Part shown: positions 48,029 through 62,165 of the stretch, in pieces
Layout of the letters: each line of letters begins with the position of its first letter
How positions within the stretch are numbered: the stretch's first letter is position 1
Assembly (NCBI RefSeq): GCF_006345805.1
Contig: NC_043012.1
Span: 54,126,001-54,190,000 of the forward strand
From: Octopus sinensis
Lineage: Eukaryota
Direction: 5' to 3'
DNA length: 64,000 nt
Notes under the pieces: generated by a model
Told to the model about the DNA's origin: nothing
Databases searched by the model: none
Seen by the model: only the letters and a program-made list of their open reading frames with translations
Made by a program: the position numbers and the translations under genes

Positions 48029-48296
48029 CACTTGCAGCCTATTCACTTCACTTACACTATTAACAAACTTCCTGGATGCACGAACATTAAAATGGCCGTC
48101 TACTTCCCTCCTCCTCCGCCTCCTCTTGTTATTGGCAATCGGCCTCATGGGTAGTGAATTGGCAGAGTCGTTAGAGAATCGGGTAAAATACTTTACAGCA
48201 CTTGTCACGGTTCTCTGCCTTCTGAGTTCAAATCTCACCGAGATAAACTGTGGATTTCATTCTTTCGCAGCCATCGAAAAAAAAAAAAAACTAACA

Positions 48297-48693
48297 GGCG
48301 TAGGAGTGGCTGTGTGGTAAGTAGCTTGTTTACCAACCCCATGGTTCCGGGTTCAATCCCACTGCGTGGCACTTTGGGCAAGTGTCTTCTACTATAGCCT
48401 CGGGTCGACCAAAGCCTTGAGAGTGGATTTGGTAGACGGAAACTAAAAGAAGCCTGTCGTATATATGTATATATATGTGGGGGGTTTGTGTGTCTGTGTT
48501 TGTCCCCCCAACATCGCTTGACAACCAATGCTGGTGTGTTTACGTCACCGTAACTTAGCGGTTCAGCAAAAGAGACCGATAGAATAAGTACTAAGGTTAC
48601 AAAGAATAAATCCTGGGGTCGATTTGCTCGACTAAAGGCGGTGCTCCAGTATGGTCATAGTCAAATGACTGAAACAAGTAAAAGAGTAAAAGA
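48297..48693 (+). mobile_element. SINE family A, full length
   Basis: Short internal microsatellite; both modules present. Confidence 0.9.
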
Positions 48694-48859
48694 GCAAAGA
48701 GTACAAAGCAGTGGATTTGGCGGACTTGGTAAAGCATCGGATGGGATGCCCTGCGATGTCTGTTCTGGCTCTTTGCTTTCTTTCAGTAATTCCTTGGACG
48801 ACACTGGTGTCAAGTGGTATCGGCCCATCTTGGAACAAGTACTAGTGGCATGGAGAGGT

Positions 48860-49189
48860 TAAAAAAAAGACTCCGCCGGTTATGACGACGAGGGTCCCAG
48901 CTGATACGATCAACGGAACAGCTTGCTCGTGAAATTAACGTGCAAATGGCTGAGCATTCCACAGACACGTGTACCCTTAACGTAGTTCTCGGGGATAATC
49001 AGCGTGACACAGAGAGTGACAAGGCTGACCCTTTGAAATACAAGTACAACTCATTTTTGCCAGCTGAGTGGACTGGAACAACGTGAAATAAAGTGTCTTG
49101 CTCAAGGACACAACGCGTCGCCGGGAATCGAACTCACATCCTTACGATCATGAGCCGAATGCCCTAACCACTAAGCCACGCGCCCTCAC
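48860..49189 (-). mobile_element. SINE with head D joined to the family C 3' half
   Basis: TSD gcatggagaggt at 48848-48859 and 49190-49201; the 3' ~190 bp is homologous to the tails of 15227-15607 and 40971-41365. Confidence 0.88.
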
Positions 49190-49872
49190 GCATGGAGAGG
49201 TAATCCTGAATGCATAGGCAAACGTTGGCCTTCCTTTAAAAAAATTGCTCGCCACAAGTAATACGGCTGGCGTAGATTCATGATCTTGTAAGACATAAGT
49301 AGGACCTGGGCAGAAAGAGAAATATTTACACTGATTCGCAGGAAACAGATGTACTTTTATAAAACGGGGATACATTGACTTGTATGAAAGGAATCGTCGA
49401 TCGGTCTGCTAGAAATAGCAGCCAAATCTTTCTCATTTGACACCCTGCTGTATCTGAAAATAAATATAGGATACAGTGGGTAATATAGACTTTGATTTGA
49501 CGATGCCAGGAAAATAATGGAATGGTGAAGACTGGCATATCTTTCGATATAGATCTTCTCGTTCAGAGCCGACCTTGCGTTAAACAACTACAAAAACCAC
49601 AATAACCACATTTGTCAATAGTTCGATGAGCTAACAAGTATGCCTCTACATGGTCGCTCAACCAGCTAGAAAAAATAGTCAAATATTTCTCAAATAACTC
49701 TCTACTGTCTTTAAAAAGATGAATGGAAATATTCAGTCAGTGATGTAATCTTCGATACATTATTTTCACAAAAAGATGGCATTGTACAGACGGAATGCTT
49801 TTGATGGTAGGACTGTGGAATGAATACTAATTTAAAAGCTAAAGGACGCTAACATCAACATTTCGACCTGTT

Positions 49873-50090
49873 AAGGCGGTGATGTGGGAGAATTGGTAGC
49901 ACGCCGGCCAACATGCTTAGCGGCATTTCGTCCATCTTCGCGTTCGGAGTTCAAATTCCAGCGAGGTCAACTTTACCTTTCATCCCTTCGGGGTCCATAA
50001 AATAAGTACCGGTTGAGCACTGGGGTCAGAGTAATCGATTTACTCCTTCCCCGCGAAATCACTGGCCTTGTGTCAAAATTTGAAACCAAT
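49873..50090 (+). mobile_element. SINE family B (tail2 type)
   Basis: Flanked by atttcgacct-like duplicates. Confidence 0.8.
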
Positions 50091-50373
50091 ATTTCGACCT
50101 CTTCTATTTTATTCTTGTCTCCCTCGGAGAGGTGGATATAGAATAGACAGCAAGGGCTGTAATATTCATGTTTCGATCATGGGTCAAGTCGTAGGAGAGA
50201 TCAAAAGCCAGTACAGTTAGATAACCAAACAAAACTTTTATTACTGTAACTATATTTTTGAATTACATTGTCCTAAGTTCTATTTCTATCAAGTTGACAT
50301 TCCTGGATCGATAAACCAATATATTGAAGTTATTTCAATTGGCTCTACTATATCAATAATAATAATAATAATA

Positions 50374-50602
50374 AGGCGAGCTGGCAGAAACGTTAGCACG
50401 CCGGGCGAAATGCGTTGCCGTATTTCGTCTGCCGTTACGTTCCGAGTTCAAATTGCGCCGAGGTCGACTTTGCCTTTCATCCTTCCGGGGTCGATAAATT
50501 AAGTACCAGTTACGCACTGGGGTCGATGTAATCGACTTAATCCGTTTGTCTGTTCTTGTTTGTCTCCTCTGTGTTTAGCCCCTTGTGGGTAGTAAAGAAA
50601 TA
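50374..50602 (+). mobile_element. SINE family B (tail1 type), young
   Basis: Complete copy within (AAT)n. Confidence 0.88.
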
Positions 50603-51247
50603 TATATTAATAATAATGGCGGTGCCCCATCATGGCCATAGCCTTTGGACTGAAACGTAGAAAATATTAAGACTTTATTGAAACAAAGAAATATTTTGAT
50701 AGATCTCTGAAGAGAGATGTCGACCTACAAGCGATTGAAGAAAAGAACTGGGCTTTTATTTCTCGCTTGATATTATCAGATATTCTAGCATACGTCAGGT
50801 GAAATATTTTGCTGTATATAGTTTTGAAATCCTACATTTCTAAGTTCAAATTTCGCTGCGAAAGGCTAAGTATTTCGTCTCCTGAAGTCGAAAATATGTA
50901 TTATTTATAACCCATGAATAATGCATATTTAAATATGCATTGGAATTGATTTGCTTCTAGCTGAACTAAAAATGGCAAATGAAAAGACACCCCTGAAAAA
51001 CATGTAAATCTGTGCATGTAGTTTGTCAAATATAACTCTCAGAGAATTGGCAGAGTGAAATGACGCCTTTCTAAATTGAAATCCCAATGCTGCAGCATTT
51101 TACTTTTTAAGTATGGTACTTATTCTATCGGTTTCTTTTGCCGAACCGCTAAGTTATGGGGATGCAAACACACCAACACCAGTTGTCAAGCTGTGGTGGG
51201 GGAAAGAAACAAATCCACACACACACACACACTCATATATATATTAT

Positions 51248-51618
51248 ACTCTTTTACTCTTTTACTTGTTTTAATCGTTTGACTGCGGCCATGCTGGAGC
51301 ACCGCCTTTAGTCGAGGAAATCGATCCCAGGACTTATTCTTTGTAAGCCTAGTAGTTATTCTATCGATCTCTTTTGCCGAACCGCTATATTTACGGGGAC
51401 GTAAACACACCAGCATCGGTTTTCGAGCGATGTTGGGGGGGACAACCACAGACACACAAACACACACATATATATACATATACATATATACGACGGGCTT
51501 CTTTCAGTTTCTCTCTACCAAATCCACTCACAAGGCTTTGGTCGGCCCAAGGCTATAGTAGAAGATACTTGCCCAAGGTGCCACGCAGTGGGACTGAACC
51601 CAGAACCATGTGGTTGGT
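51248..51618 (-). mobile_element. SINE family A, head truncated
   Basis: Reverse copy; a further partial copy lies at 51110-51230. Confidence 0.85.
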
Positions 51619-51820
51619 TGAAAAAATTGGAGTCAATAAGGAGTACATTTGGTCATTTATTTGCAATCACTACAATTGTTTCCACGCAACGTAGTTCTCC
51701 AGACTTGCAGGTATTTGGTTATGTAACCGTTTCCCTGCGTTATGAGATCTAGTTGTGTTTTCTCAGACGATATGTAAATATTGACTCCATAAATTCACAT
51801 TCTCAGCTTCAAGAGAATCC

Positions 51821-51931
51821 TATCTGTCTGTCGTGGCCTGGAGTTAGTAGTAACCACTGAGTGAAGACTGCAACACATCTCTTGATACACTCAGTGACTG
51901 CCAATATCTCCAGGCCCACGACAGACAGATA
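51821..51931. other. 111-nt near-perfect inverted repeat (tiny TA-flanked MITE or RNA hairpin)
   Basis: tatctgtctgtcgtggcctggag / ctccaggcccacgacagacagata, plus inner cactgagtg / cactcagtg. Confidence 0.8.
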
Positions 51932-52030
51932 TGATGCTCTGGATTGCAAATAAATGTCCGACTGTGCTCCTTCTTGTTGACTTCAGCTTTTGCAGTTATC
52001 TATTCACACACTGCAGAAGCCCAAACGCAA

Positions 52031-52089
<59 letters not shown>

Positions 52090-52649
52090 TGTATATATAT
52101 GTTTATACGACGGGCTTCTTTCAGTTTCCGTCCACCAAATCCACTCATAAGGACAGCTCGAGACTATAGTAGAAGATACTTGCCTAGGGTTTTATGCAGC
52201 GGGACTGAACCCTAACCATGTGGTTGGGCAGCAAACTTCTTACTACACAGCTACGCCCGCACCTACATAGATGTTAAATCACTCACTAAACAGAATGGAA
52301 CAGTGGAAATGCAGTGAACCAATAACCTAACGATCCCAAGATCGAAACTACTCTCTGCGAAGAAACGGGTGCAATTTTTGATATTAGTACTAATATAACA
52401 AACAATATACATGTATATACCTACAGAGATAACGACAAATTCTATTATGCAATAGAAATTTATACACGGTTAAGGAGTCACCTACTGACCGGAATACACC
52501 AAAACCCAGAACTTTTCGTTTAGTATGTATGATTTATATATGGGTCGAATGACTCATTCTCTCCTTTCGTCTGTAATAGTCTATATGTTAATGAAAGAAA
52601 CTATTATATTCTAAATATTTGGATAAATGTCTTATAATTCGTGTGATAG

Positions 52650-53560
52650 GTGTACCATATATCATCGTTTAACATCACACCTGGCTCATTGAGGATTCAG
52701 ACATCCATTCTTCGTTTCCCTTAACGCTCGCTCATGCTTTTTCAAATGGTCATTGACCTGTAGATGCTTGAGCTGATTCTCAGCCGCATTAATCTCACTA
52801 GTATAGAATGATCTGTGAAGCTAAAGGGCATTGCACCATCTCGCTTGGATTATTGATTTAAACATATTAATTCACTTTCATGACTAAGAAATCCGTTCTA
52901 ATAGTTTAAGGGATATGCGATGGAAACATAGTGACGCTCAAGCCCTTTCTCAGCAGGTTTAGCAGTGTATATGAAATAAAACAGTCTCAGGCGTAGATTG
53001 AAACCGCATCGCAGCTTTTAGTTTGGCCGAAGCTAACTGCTTGTTAAGAATGCTCACCATGCTCAGCAGTAACATATGAAATCGAATAATTTATTGGCAG
53101 CTTCAGCCATGCGCGGAAAAGCATCCAAGCGTGAAAAATAATAGAAAGAACAATACTTTGTTTGCACAGTCGAAATTTCTTTACCAATGCTGCCCATATC
53201 GAAATGAGGAATGAAAAAATTAAATTGGCGGTTTAACACAGCGTAGAAATTTTGTGTTCAAACTGATATACTTGCAGATAATAGATTTACAGGATGTGTC
53301 TTCATAAAACAACGATTCCAGTTGAGAAATTTAGCATTTGCTTTGCTAACATTTTGCTATTTGTATGTTTCCAATAACATTTCTGCTTCTCTGAGTTTTT
53401 GTTAGGGATAATTAAGTTGTTCAAACAAATAAGTTTCCTGTTCAATGCTATACGAATGAGGTACTGAAACTGTGCTAGCATTTTTTTTTTTTTCTGTATC
53501 TCGGTCATTCTACACCAAAAATCACTAAAACCTGAAAGTAGAGAACAAAAAAAGATTAGA
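52650..53560 (-). pseudogene. Very old L1/Tx1-like ORF2 remnant (end of RT and thumb)
   Basis: GSIGKEISTVQTKYCSFYYFSRLDAFPRMAEAANKLFDFI resembles the LS..GKI..I.TL..S...Y....L..P......INK..F.FIW pattern; a homologous inverted copy lies at 56540-57010. Confidence 0.45.
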
Positions 53561-53869
53561 GTTGAAGTTAGTTCTTCTCTGCAGATAGTGTATATCGTTA
53601 CGAATGACAGTTAACACAGATTTCTTTTCTAGTTCGAGTACATAAAACTATAAGCGGGTCAACTGTCTTTAAAACTAGCTCCTTTTAAGCATGCACACAT
53701 ACACACACGCACGAGCGAAGAGATTGGAAACCTATGCAGAATGAACAAACATTAAAATAGCTGTGTTTTCTGCCTGGGTATTCATAATCATGAGAACTCG
53801 AATACGTACTTGTAGTGACCCTCAGTTTTTTTCAGTTTTATATCAATCATGTTTATAGGCAGTACAATG

Positions 53870-54760
53870 TTATTCCTTTCATATATGTAATGACTAATGT
53901 GTATGATGACTGCATCTCTGTATAGTTGAAGATAGCAAAATTGGCATGACCTGAACAGAGGGTATTTCCGAGATCTCTGTTCATGGGGGTCTGTGTGGAT
54001 TAGGGACGAAGTGCCAAGTTTTATGTTCATGATACTTAGATACAGAGCTGTAGAGAAGATTGATGGATGATGTCATCTGCGTAGAAGTGGGCGTTGTTGG
54101 GGGTAACGAAAGGCATGTGACTGATGCACAGAAGGAAGAGCATGAGAGAGAAAACTGGAACATGGGGTAGTCCAGTGTTGATAGAGTCTCGGTTAGAGAG
54201 AACTACATCAATATACGCCATGAGAGTGTGAACCGACGCCAACGCCCCGATTCCAGTTACAACACCCAGATAGACTCTTAGAAGGATGGTTTTGTTAAGC
54301 GATTCGTATGTTGGATGCGGTCGAATGCTTTGCTGATGTTAAGTGCTTCAACACCGTTTTCACCAAATTTCTCCAGGGCATTGGCCCACTGGTGACTGAT
54401 TCAGTTGTTTATGTCTTTAGTAGGTCTGGGTTCATGCAAGTTTCCGTTCTTTCGTTGTTATTTTTATAAAATTGAGGAAGAAGATAAAACCAAGACGCTT
54501 AAGACGAGGATCGTTAAACAGTCTTATATCGTTAAACAGTCTTCTTGAGCATGGTGGACATGAGAAAGCTAGGACGATGGGTTGTGTGGTGAGTGGCATT
54601 TTCATTCTTGGAAGCAGGACATACTGTAGTGCGTTTCCAAAGACCAGGATAGATACTTGTATAGTGAGATAGAGAGAGAGAGAAAAGGTTAGAGAGTTAG
54701 AGAGATGAGAAAGTGAGACCTTTAAGTTTGCTAGAAGATAATAGAAAGGACATTGCCAAG
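53870..54760 (-). pseudogene. CR1/Jockey-group LINE reverse transcriptase remnant
   Basis: Fragments YPGLWKRTTVCPASK...HRP, HQWANALEKFGENGVEALNISKAFDRIQH and SINTGLPHVPVFSLMLFLLCISHM...HFYADD give RT motifs in the correct order. Confidence 0.8.
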
Positions 54761-55549
54761 GCTGGTAGATTTTATTAAAACGAACTTTCTGGTTATTCAT
54801 AATCATGAAATTCATATGACCGAATAGACAGGATACCAGACAACTGGCTGAGATGGCGATCTTTCCTATTCTCCCAACGGTATTACAATATGTCTGTGTA
54901 TAAATTATCATGTTTTCAACGATATAATCCACCTAGAAACATGTTCATTAGGATGAAATAAATATCCTCTGTCCACAACAGTCTGCACTATAAAACTAGC
55001 AAATGACTGACTGGCTTGCAGTTATTGATAGAATTTCACTCTCCAGAAATATTACTTTCGATGGATTTGAGCTTCGTTGAGAAAATGGGTCTCTCATCGT
55101 TTTTATTTTTAAAATGAATGACAGACATTAGGAGATACTGCCAGTGTAGCTGTGGATACAGTAGTGCCTTCTCCAAAAGATATGCTTCAGGGATCTAACT
55201 ACATGATGGACACAGAATTTTAAGTTCCTGCGCTATTATTAAATAATCATTGAGCAAACTGCGCTTGTTAGTTGCCATACTAAGTCAAGATAAGGTTCAC
55301 TGAATGTAGAATTAAATACAAATTAATTGCTGGTAGGGACACCGTATTTCGTTATGCAACCTTAATATACTACCAAGTATATTAAATATTTAAGGTTATA
55401 CTGTGTCCTACGTGTGTTAGCAGTGCGACTCATTCACTTTTAAATTTATCCCTACAGATTTTCTATGCAAATTAGAGCCAGCACATATTAATCGTTGCTA
55501 GAGACACCGTATTCTGTTATGCAGCCATAATCCACTTCTAAGTATGTTC

Positions 55550-55730
55550 TTTTCTACTCTAGGCACAAAGCCTGATATTTTGGGGGAGGGGGCCAGTCGA
55601 TTAGATCGACCCAGTACGCAACTGGTATTTAATTTATCGACCCTGAAAGGATGAAAGGCAAAGCCGACCTCGGCGGAATTTGAAGTCAGAACGTAAAGAC
55701 AGAGGAAATACCGCTAAGCATTTCGCCCAA
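55550..55730 (-). mobile_element. SINE family B (tail2 type), 5'-truncated
   Basis: Reverse copy ending ...ttgtgcctagagtagaaaag. Confidence 0.8.
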
Positions 55731-56133
55731 AGTGTGTTACACTGCTAAACTTAGTGACTATTTAAGCAACGTTCGTGGACGATTAATGAGTTAGATGTGG
55801 TGCTAGAGAAAAAGGCAATAATTCCTGAAATATGCATATACATCCATTACCTAACTTCTTGTTTTTGATCGCATTGTTTACACAGACGTATTCGTATATG
55901 AACCATCGTAACTTTCAGTAATGGCTCTAATTTCTACAGAAAACCAGTAGAGATAACTTTAAAAAGGAATTAAGTACGCATAAACGACGTTAGTAACTGT
56001 AGCTTTAATGGGGCTTTAAAGAATTAATCTTTTCTTCTGCGAAAATAGATTGATTGTAAAAGCGGCAATCGATAGTAGAGATACAATATTATTGGTTAGA
56101 ATAGTTGTATGTGGAAGCTAATATATACTGGTG

Positions 56134-56537
<404 letters not shown>

Positions 56538-56539
56538 GT

Positions 56540-57050
56540 GAAGATTATTGAGATGGTAGTAAAAATGCGGTTCTACTTTGGAATCTCGAAATTGCCTCAT
56601 TGAAGATCAATAAATAAGATGGTAGAGATAGTATATAAAGAAAAAAGGCTAAATTATCCCTGCCATAAAACATTACCCACAGAAGCATAAAGAATATTAG
56701 AATTATTAAGACAATAAAAGTTTTAGTAAAGTGACTGTTAAATTTCCAACTGAAATGTTTGTTTCATGGAGAAAATTCCTTTGTATCTCTGTATCTATTA
56801 TCTGAAAGTATATCATACTATAAAGAAAATTGCTACGCTGTATTAAACGCCTGAATTTTTTTTTCTTCTATTCTTGATTCTGAAATGGGTAGCATTGATA
56901 AATAAATTTCGATTGTGCAAACAAAGTTTCCTTCTTTCTATTAGTTTACAGTTAGCCGCTCCTCCAGGCATGGTTGAATCTGTCAATAAATTCTTCGATT
57001 TCATATATAACAGATGAATTGATCTCCCCAGCTGGCAGAAGACACTGCCA
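56540..57050 (+). pseudogene. Second L1/Tx1-like remnant, homologous to ~53075-53520 in inverted orientation
   Basis: e.g. atgggtagcattgataaataaatttcgattgtgcaaacaaagt vs atgggcagcattggtaaagaaatttcgactgtgcaaacaaagt; PPGMVESVNKFFDFIYN. Confidence 0.5.
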
Positions 57051-57337
57051 AATAGTTTCAAGGCTTGTTTGTCTTTTTCTTTGTTTTGTTTTTGTTTAAA
57101 TTTTACGTGGCATTTAGTGAACATTAGCGTCGTTGCATACAGGTTTCAAACAGGCCAATCTAAGGTCGCTGCATTCACGATAGTGATATATTAAATGGGG
57201 GAAATGGCTCAGCAATTCGAGAGAGAAACAAATATCACACGAAAGATCTACGTTCCAAAGAGTTCGATTATCGGTTTTCTCACCGACAAAAAGATGCATA
57301 TGCACTCATACTCATATATATATAGATATAGTTATAT

Positions 57338-57495
57338 GCGCAGGAGTAGCTATGTGGTAAGAAGCTTCCTTCCCAACCACATGGTTCTGGGTTCAGTTCC
57401 ACTGCGAAGTACTTGGGCAAGTGTCTTCTGCTATAGCCTCGGGCAGACCAAAGCTTTTTGAGTGGATTTGGTAGATGGAAACTAAAAGAAGCCCG

Positions 57496-57577
<82 letters not shown>

Positions 57578-57775
57578 TATGAGTGTGTGTCTGTGTTTGT
57601 CCCCCACATTCTATCGCTTGTCAACCGATGTTGGTGTGCTTACGTCTCCGGCAAAAGGGACTGACAGAATAAGTACTAGGCTTACAAAGAATAAGTCCTG
57701 GATCGATATGTTCGATTAAAGGCGGTGTTCCAGCATGGCTGCAGTCAAATGATTGAAACAAGTAAAAGAATAAAA
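57338..57775 (+). mobile_element. SINE family A, full length, internal (TA)n
   Basis: Both modules present. Confidence 0.88.
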
Positions 57776-57832
57776 CAATATATATGTATGTATGTATATA
57801 CACACACATACATATATATACACGCACGCACG

Positions 57833-57868
<36 letters not shown>

Positions 57869-57871
57869 ATA

Positions 57872-58960
57872 CTAACAGATATACCCGGCGTTGCCCGAGT
57901 TAAGCGAATAATGAAATTTTAAACGCCGTCTAGATTACGCAGGTCTCAACTGCTAGTAGCTGAGATACCAACTTTGTACATTAATAACTCTCCAACCCAT
58001 GCCAGCATGGAACATAGACGTTAAGTGCAATGTTAAAAGAAAGTTTTCAACTCATATATGTATATAAAGTAAATATATGTAATTCAAAAACATGTTTTGT
58101 GTAGCTTATTTCGTAACCAAATAACAGGTACAGATTATAAACAATGAAAGGCTGATTTTGGTGATTCATTTGACAGAGGTAGTAGAGAGCCAATCTGATG
58201 ATAAATCTGACGTTGGACCTTGAAAGTTTGCATGAATCCTGGCTCAGCTAAATCTCTTGTGGCTCCAAATGATGTCATCTGTTGTGCAGCGTTGTACTGT
58301 CTAATTGTGTTTTGGAAGCGGCTGGAATCTTGGTCAGTTGATGACAACAATTTCTTCAATGGCTCTTGAGGTTGGGGGATTGCAGGGATTTTAACCTTTC
58401 CACCACTGCAGCACAGTGCAGATATCTCTCCAGACTACTTCTTTGCTTTACAATGTATGCACTTAGTTGTCATTGCACCAATAGAAACTCTAGTGTCATA
58501 TGCATAATGAACTGCTGGATCATAATTGCAAGCTGCTTCGTTAGGCAGTGGAGATCCTATACCTTGTCCGCCGTGCATACCGCTGTTCATCACTTTGAGA
58601 TGCTCTGGCTTTTGTAGTGCACAGTCTGTTCGTTTCTTAGTATGCTTCCCTTTCTGCAGTTGTCTCTCTTTCTCTGGACAGAGACATTCTTTTGGCTGAC
58701 CTTGACATTGTAGACAAGTTTGACACTTTCCTTCTTGGCATGGTTATATACGTATACGGAAATACACGGGTGCAGAAGATAGTAAACAATGAAAATAACT
58801 GGGTAATGGAAATTATATTTCTTAATACGACGGGCAGAAAGTAAATAAGGAATTTTTACGGAAAATTAAGAATTGTACAGGTTGAAACGAAATTTGTGAC
58901 CAAATAGCCAGTACCGAAGGAACTATAAAAAAATCGTGAGCAACAAAAAAACACAAAACC
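57872..58960 (-). mobile_element. Helitron deletion derivative
   Basis: 3' end hairpin ctcgggcaacgccggg (57884-57899) and TTAG|T terminus match the 4101 element; carries a RepHel 5' fragment. The 5' TC end was not located. Confidence 0.8.
58135..58741 (-). pseudogene. Helitron Rep/helicase N-terminal fragment
   Basis: MPRRKVSNLSTMSRSAKRMSLSRERET..., then YDPAVHY...IGAMTTKCIHCKAKK*SGEISALCCSGGKVKIP...EPLKKLL...FQNTIRQYNAAQQMTSFGA...GFMQTFKVQRQIYHQIGSLLP. These are characteristic RepHel N-terminal motifs, with stops and a frameshift. Confidence 0.9.
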
Positions 58961-59492
58961 GTTAACCAAATAAACTCACAGGGCTTTGATCGGCCCGAGG
59001 CTATAGCAGATACTTGCCCAAGGTGTCACGCAGTGGGACTAAACACGGAACCATATGGTTGAGAAGCGAGCTTCTTACCACCCAGCCACGCCCAAATGTG
59101 TGTGTGTGTATCTTTATCTTTTACTAGTTTCAGTCATCGGACTGCGGGCGGCAATGCTGGAGCACAGCCTTCAAGGGACTTTATTCGGATAAATTGACCC
59201 CAGTACTTATGTTTTTTTTTAAGCCTGGTACTTTTACTGTTGGTCTATTGCCGTCGAACCACTAGTTAACCTTACTGGGGTCGATGTAATCGACTTTCTC
59301 TCCACCCCCTTCAAAATTGCTGGCCTTGTGCCAAAATTGGAAATCATTGTTTAGCTCCAGGTTAGTTCTGATCGTACAGACATATGACAAAATGCATCGT
59401 CGGTTACGATCATTGCATCTTTGCTAATCTTTTCATGTACCACATACTGCGGGTTGCAATATGCAGTTAGTTCAGTATGCAATAAGTTTCTT

Positions 59493-59723
59493 ATTTCTTT
59501 ATTGCCCACAAGGAGCTAAACATAGAGGGGACAAACAAGGATAGACAAATGGATTAAGTCGATTACATCACCCCAGTGCGTAACTGGTACTTAATTTATC
59601 GACCACGAACGGATGAAAGGCAAAGTAGACCTCGGCAGAATTTGAACTCAGAACGTAACGGCAGACGATATACCGCTAAGCATTTCACCCGGCGTGCTAA
59701 CGTTTCTGCCAGCTCGCCGCCTT
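59493..59723 (-). mobile_element. SINE family B (tail1 type), young
   Basis: Perfect 18-bp TSD gtatgcaataagtttctt at 59475-59492 and 59724-59741. Confidence 0.92.
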
Positions 59724-60609
59724 GTATGCAATAAGTTTCTTTTAAGGATGAAGAGTAGATTTTGAGAATAATTTTGGCTGATATTTCTAGCAGATCTAAC
59801 AATACTCACTCATTAGCCGAAGCATATATTGATTTCTTCTTTAGGTAGAACCTCGATACTTCATGAAGGTCATGGCTAAGAAACTTCATTTTCAACGGTT
59901 CAGTCGATCTAGATTGAGTATAGAAAGATTTTTGTTTTTGCTTTAATGGTGTTGGAATGTAACGTAATTTTAGGAATAATGATGTTATTGTGCACAATTA
60001 TTTTATTGCTATAAATAAGTATAATTGTTTTTCTCGGACAATTAGTTTAATGGGATATTAGTATAATTTAATAGACGGCAGTGAATTGGCAAATTTGCTA
60101 GGGTGTCATATAGAATGCCTTGCAGTGTTTGTTCTGGTTCTTTGCACTTTGATTTCAAGTCCCGTTAAAGTCGATTTTTGCCTTTCCTCTTTGAGGATCG
60201 ATAAATATTGTAAAATCCAGAGAAGCCTACAGTCGATAAATATTGTAAAATGCCAGTCTAGATCAGGGAGCCATTTTTTCTCTCTCTGTTTCTCTCTCGG
60301 AAATCGGCAAACTTAAGAATGGTCGCGGTGGTAGTGGGTCATTCACAGCGCCCATGGGCAAGGGCTGAGTGAAAGACTAGCAACCTCTTCTCACAAAAAA
60401 TCCTAATATGCAATTGGAACCATCCAAAGACGGAGAGATATGCACTACAGCACGGAAACAAAATATCGGAACACAATTTAATAGAGGATTATGATTTACT
60501 GGCGCAATTCAACAGATAGAAATCTACCTGCGATTGAGTGATGCCGTCATTCATTCAGGAGGGCACACGTCTCTCCAGCTACAAGAACCCTTCTTTTGAC
60601 CTTGTATAT

Positions 60610-60812
60610 TGGTTTCAAATTTTGGCACAAGGCCTACAATTCTCGGAGAGGGGCTAAGTCGATTACATCGACCCTAGTGCTCAACTTTATCGTCTCCGAA
60701 AGGATGAAAGGTAAAGTGGATCTCGGTGGAATTTGAACTCAGAACATTAGACGGAAGAAATGCCGATAAGCATTTTCCACAGCGTGCTATCGATTCTGCC
60801 AGCTCACCACCT
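60610..60812 (-). mobile_element. SINE family B (tail2 type)
   Basis: Reverse copy. Confidence 0.8.
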
Positions 60813-61923
60813 TCTTGTCATATATTTGGTATTAGTTTTTGTTTCAAGAAATTGCTTTATTTGTCTTTCTAGGCCATCGGTTTAGCGAGTGCATGCTTTT
60901 GACACTGATGGAATTTGGCTCCAAATGTAGAACTGAATTAAATTTCGCAAGGCATCTAGCCCGATACTCTTACAATTCCGCCACATCATCATCATGGATT
61001 TGTAGTTTTTATTATCGACCCCGAAAGGATGGAAGACGACCCCCAAGAAATTGACTGATTCTTTGTTTTACCACCCATAAAGAATGAAAGGCAAAGTCTA
61101 CTTCGGCGTGATTTGAACTCAAAACGGAAGAAGACATGAGTGAAAACCGCAAAACATTTTTGTGCGACATACGAATGCTGTTGCTAATTACAGGAAGCAT
61201 TCGGGTGGAGAACAGCTGTGTCTATTGATCCCTCAGCTTGGCGAGGCAGGTATTTCTGCGATGATAGGTGGGATATTTCATATTGGATTCATTATAGAGA
61301 GGAAGTGTCGAATGTTTTGATGCATCCTCTGGAACATCTATTCACGTTATGTGTGAGTAGAAGGTAAGAGGTAGGTGTAAATAACGGGGTCGAATGAGAG
61401 AAGTAGTTTGTAAACAACTTACGAGAAATAGATATTGTTGAAGACTCTTTACAAGAGATACAGCAGCAAATTAGTGGGCGATTTGCTATAGGGGCTTCAT
61501 AAGTGGTTTTCAATGTGGCTCATAATTTCCGTCAGGGACATATAATCTGTAAACGTTGTTGTAGTTTGTTGTGTCTGGGAAGAGTCATTTTCTTTTTGTG
61601 CCTTATTATTTAACACACACACCGGTAAAATTTCCACTTTTTTTCTTATTTTTATTGTTCTAAAATTGTCGTTGCGTCTTGCAACCTTTTCAATAGTTTT
61701 GTTGTAGTTATTATTGTTTATTTCAAGGTCAGTTTTTACTGAGACATCCCATGAGCAAGAGCATTCCAGCCGCGACCATCCCGTGTTTTCCAGCAACAGA
61801 ACCTAGGATCACATTATCCATCCAATACGAAAGAGAGAGAGAGAGAGTGTGTGTGTGTGTGTTTGTGTGTTTGTGTGTGTGTGTCTGTGTGAGTATGTGT
61901 GTGTGTGTGTCTCTGTGAGTGTA

Positions 61924-61975
<52 letters not shown>

Positions 61976-62165
61976 TGTTTACGCGGCTACGACGCAATTT
62001 CAGAAAGATTTGTCTAGTATTTCATGAAGATTATAAAACTTTACAGAAATTCTTCCGTTATAAGACATATGACTGTCACACAAACGATAGCAACACGTAA
62101 CGTGTGCTTTATAAAATGTTCAATGAATATGCACAGTTTTAGCCATACCCTGGCTCAATTAAAAA

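Noticed and set aside
48085-48150. AAAATGGCCG (YY1-like motif or start codon) next to a (CA)n tract as a promoter
   Set aside because: Single short motif; the ORF runs into a SINE head and stops after 20 codons.
48700-49310. Reading frame that stays open for about 90 codons on the minus strand once the SINE and one TSD are removed, with a good acceptor near 49308
   Set aside because: Its distal part is an antisense degenerate SINE B head (48700-48785). The YKIMN...PYYL stretch looks like a LINE C-terminus, and there is no donor or recognisable host protein.
61194-61363. Candidate + strand exons (61194-61249; 61268-61363 with AG|GTAAGA donor)
   Set aside because: Weak acceptors, unrecognised peptide and no supporting neighbouring exons. 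RNA-seq would settle it.
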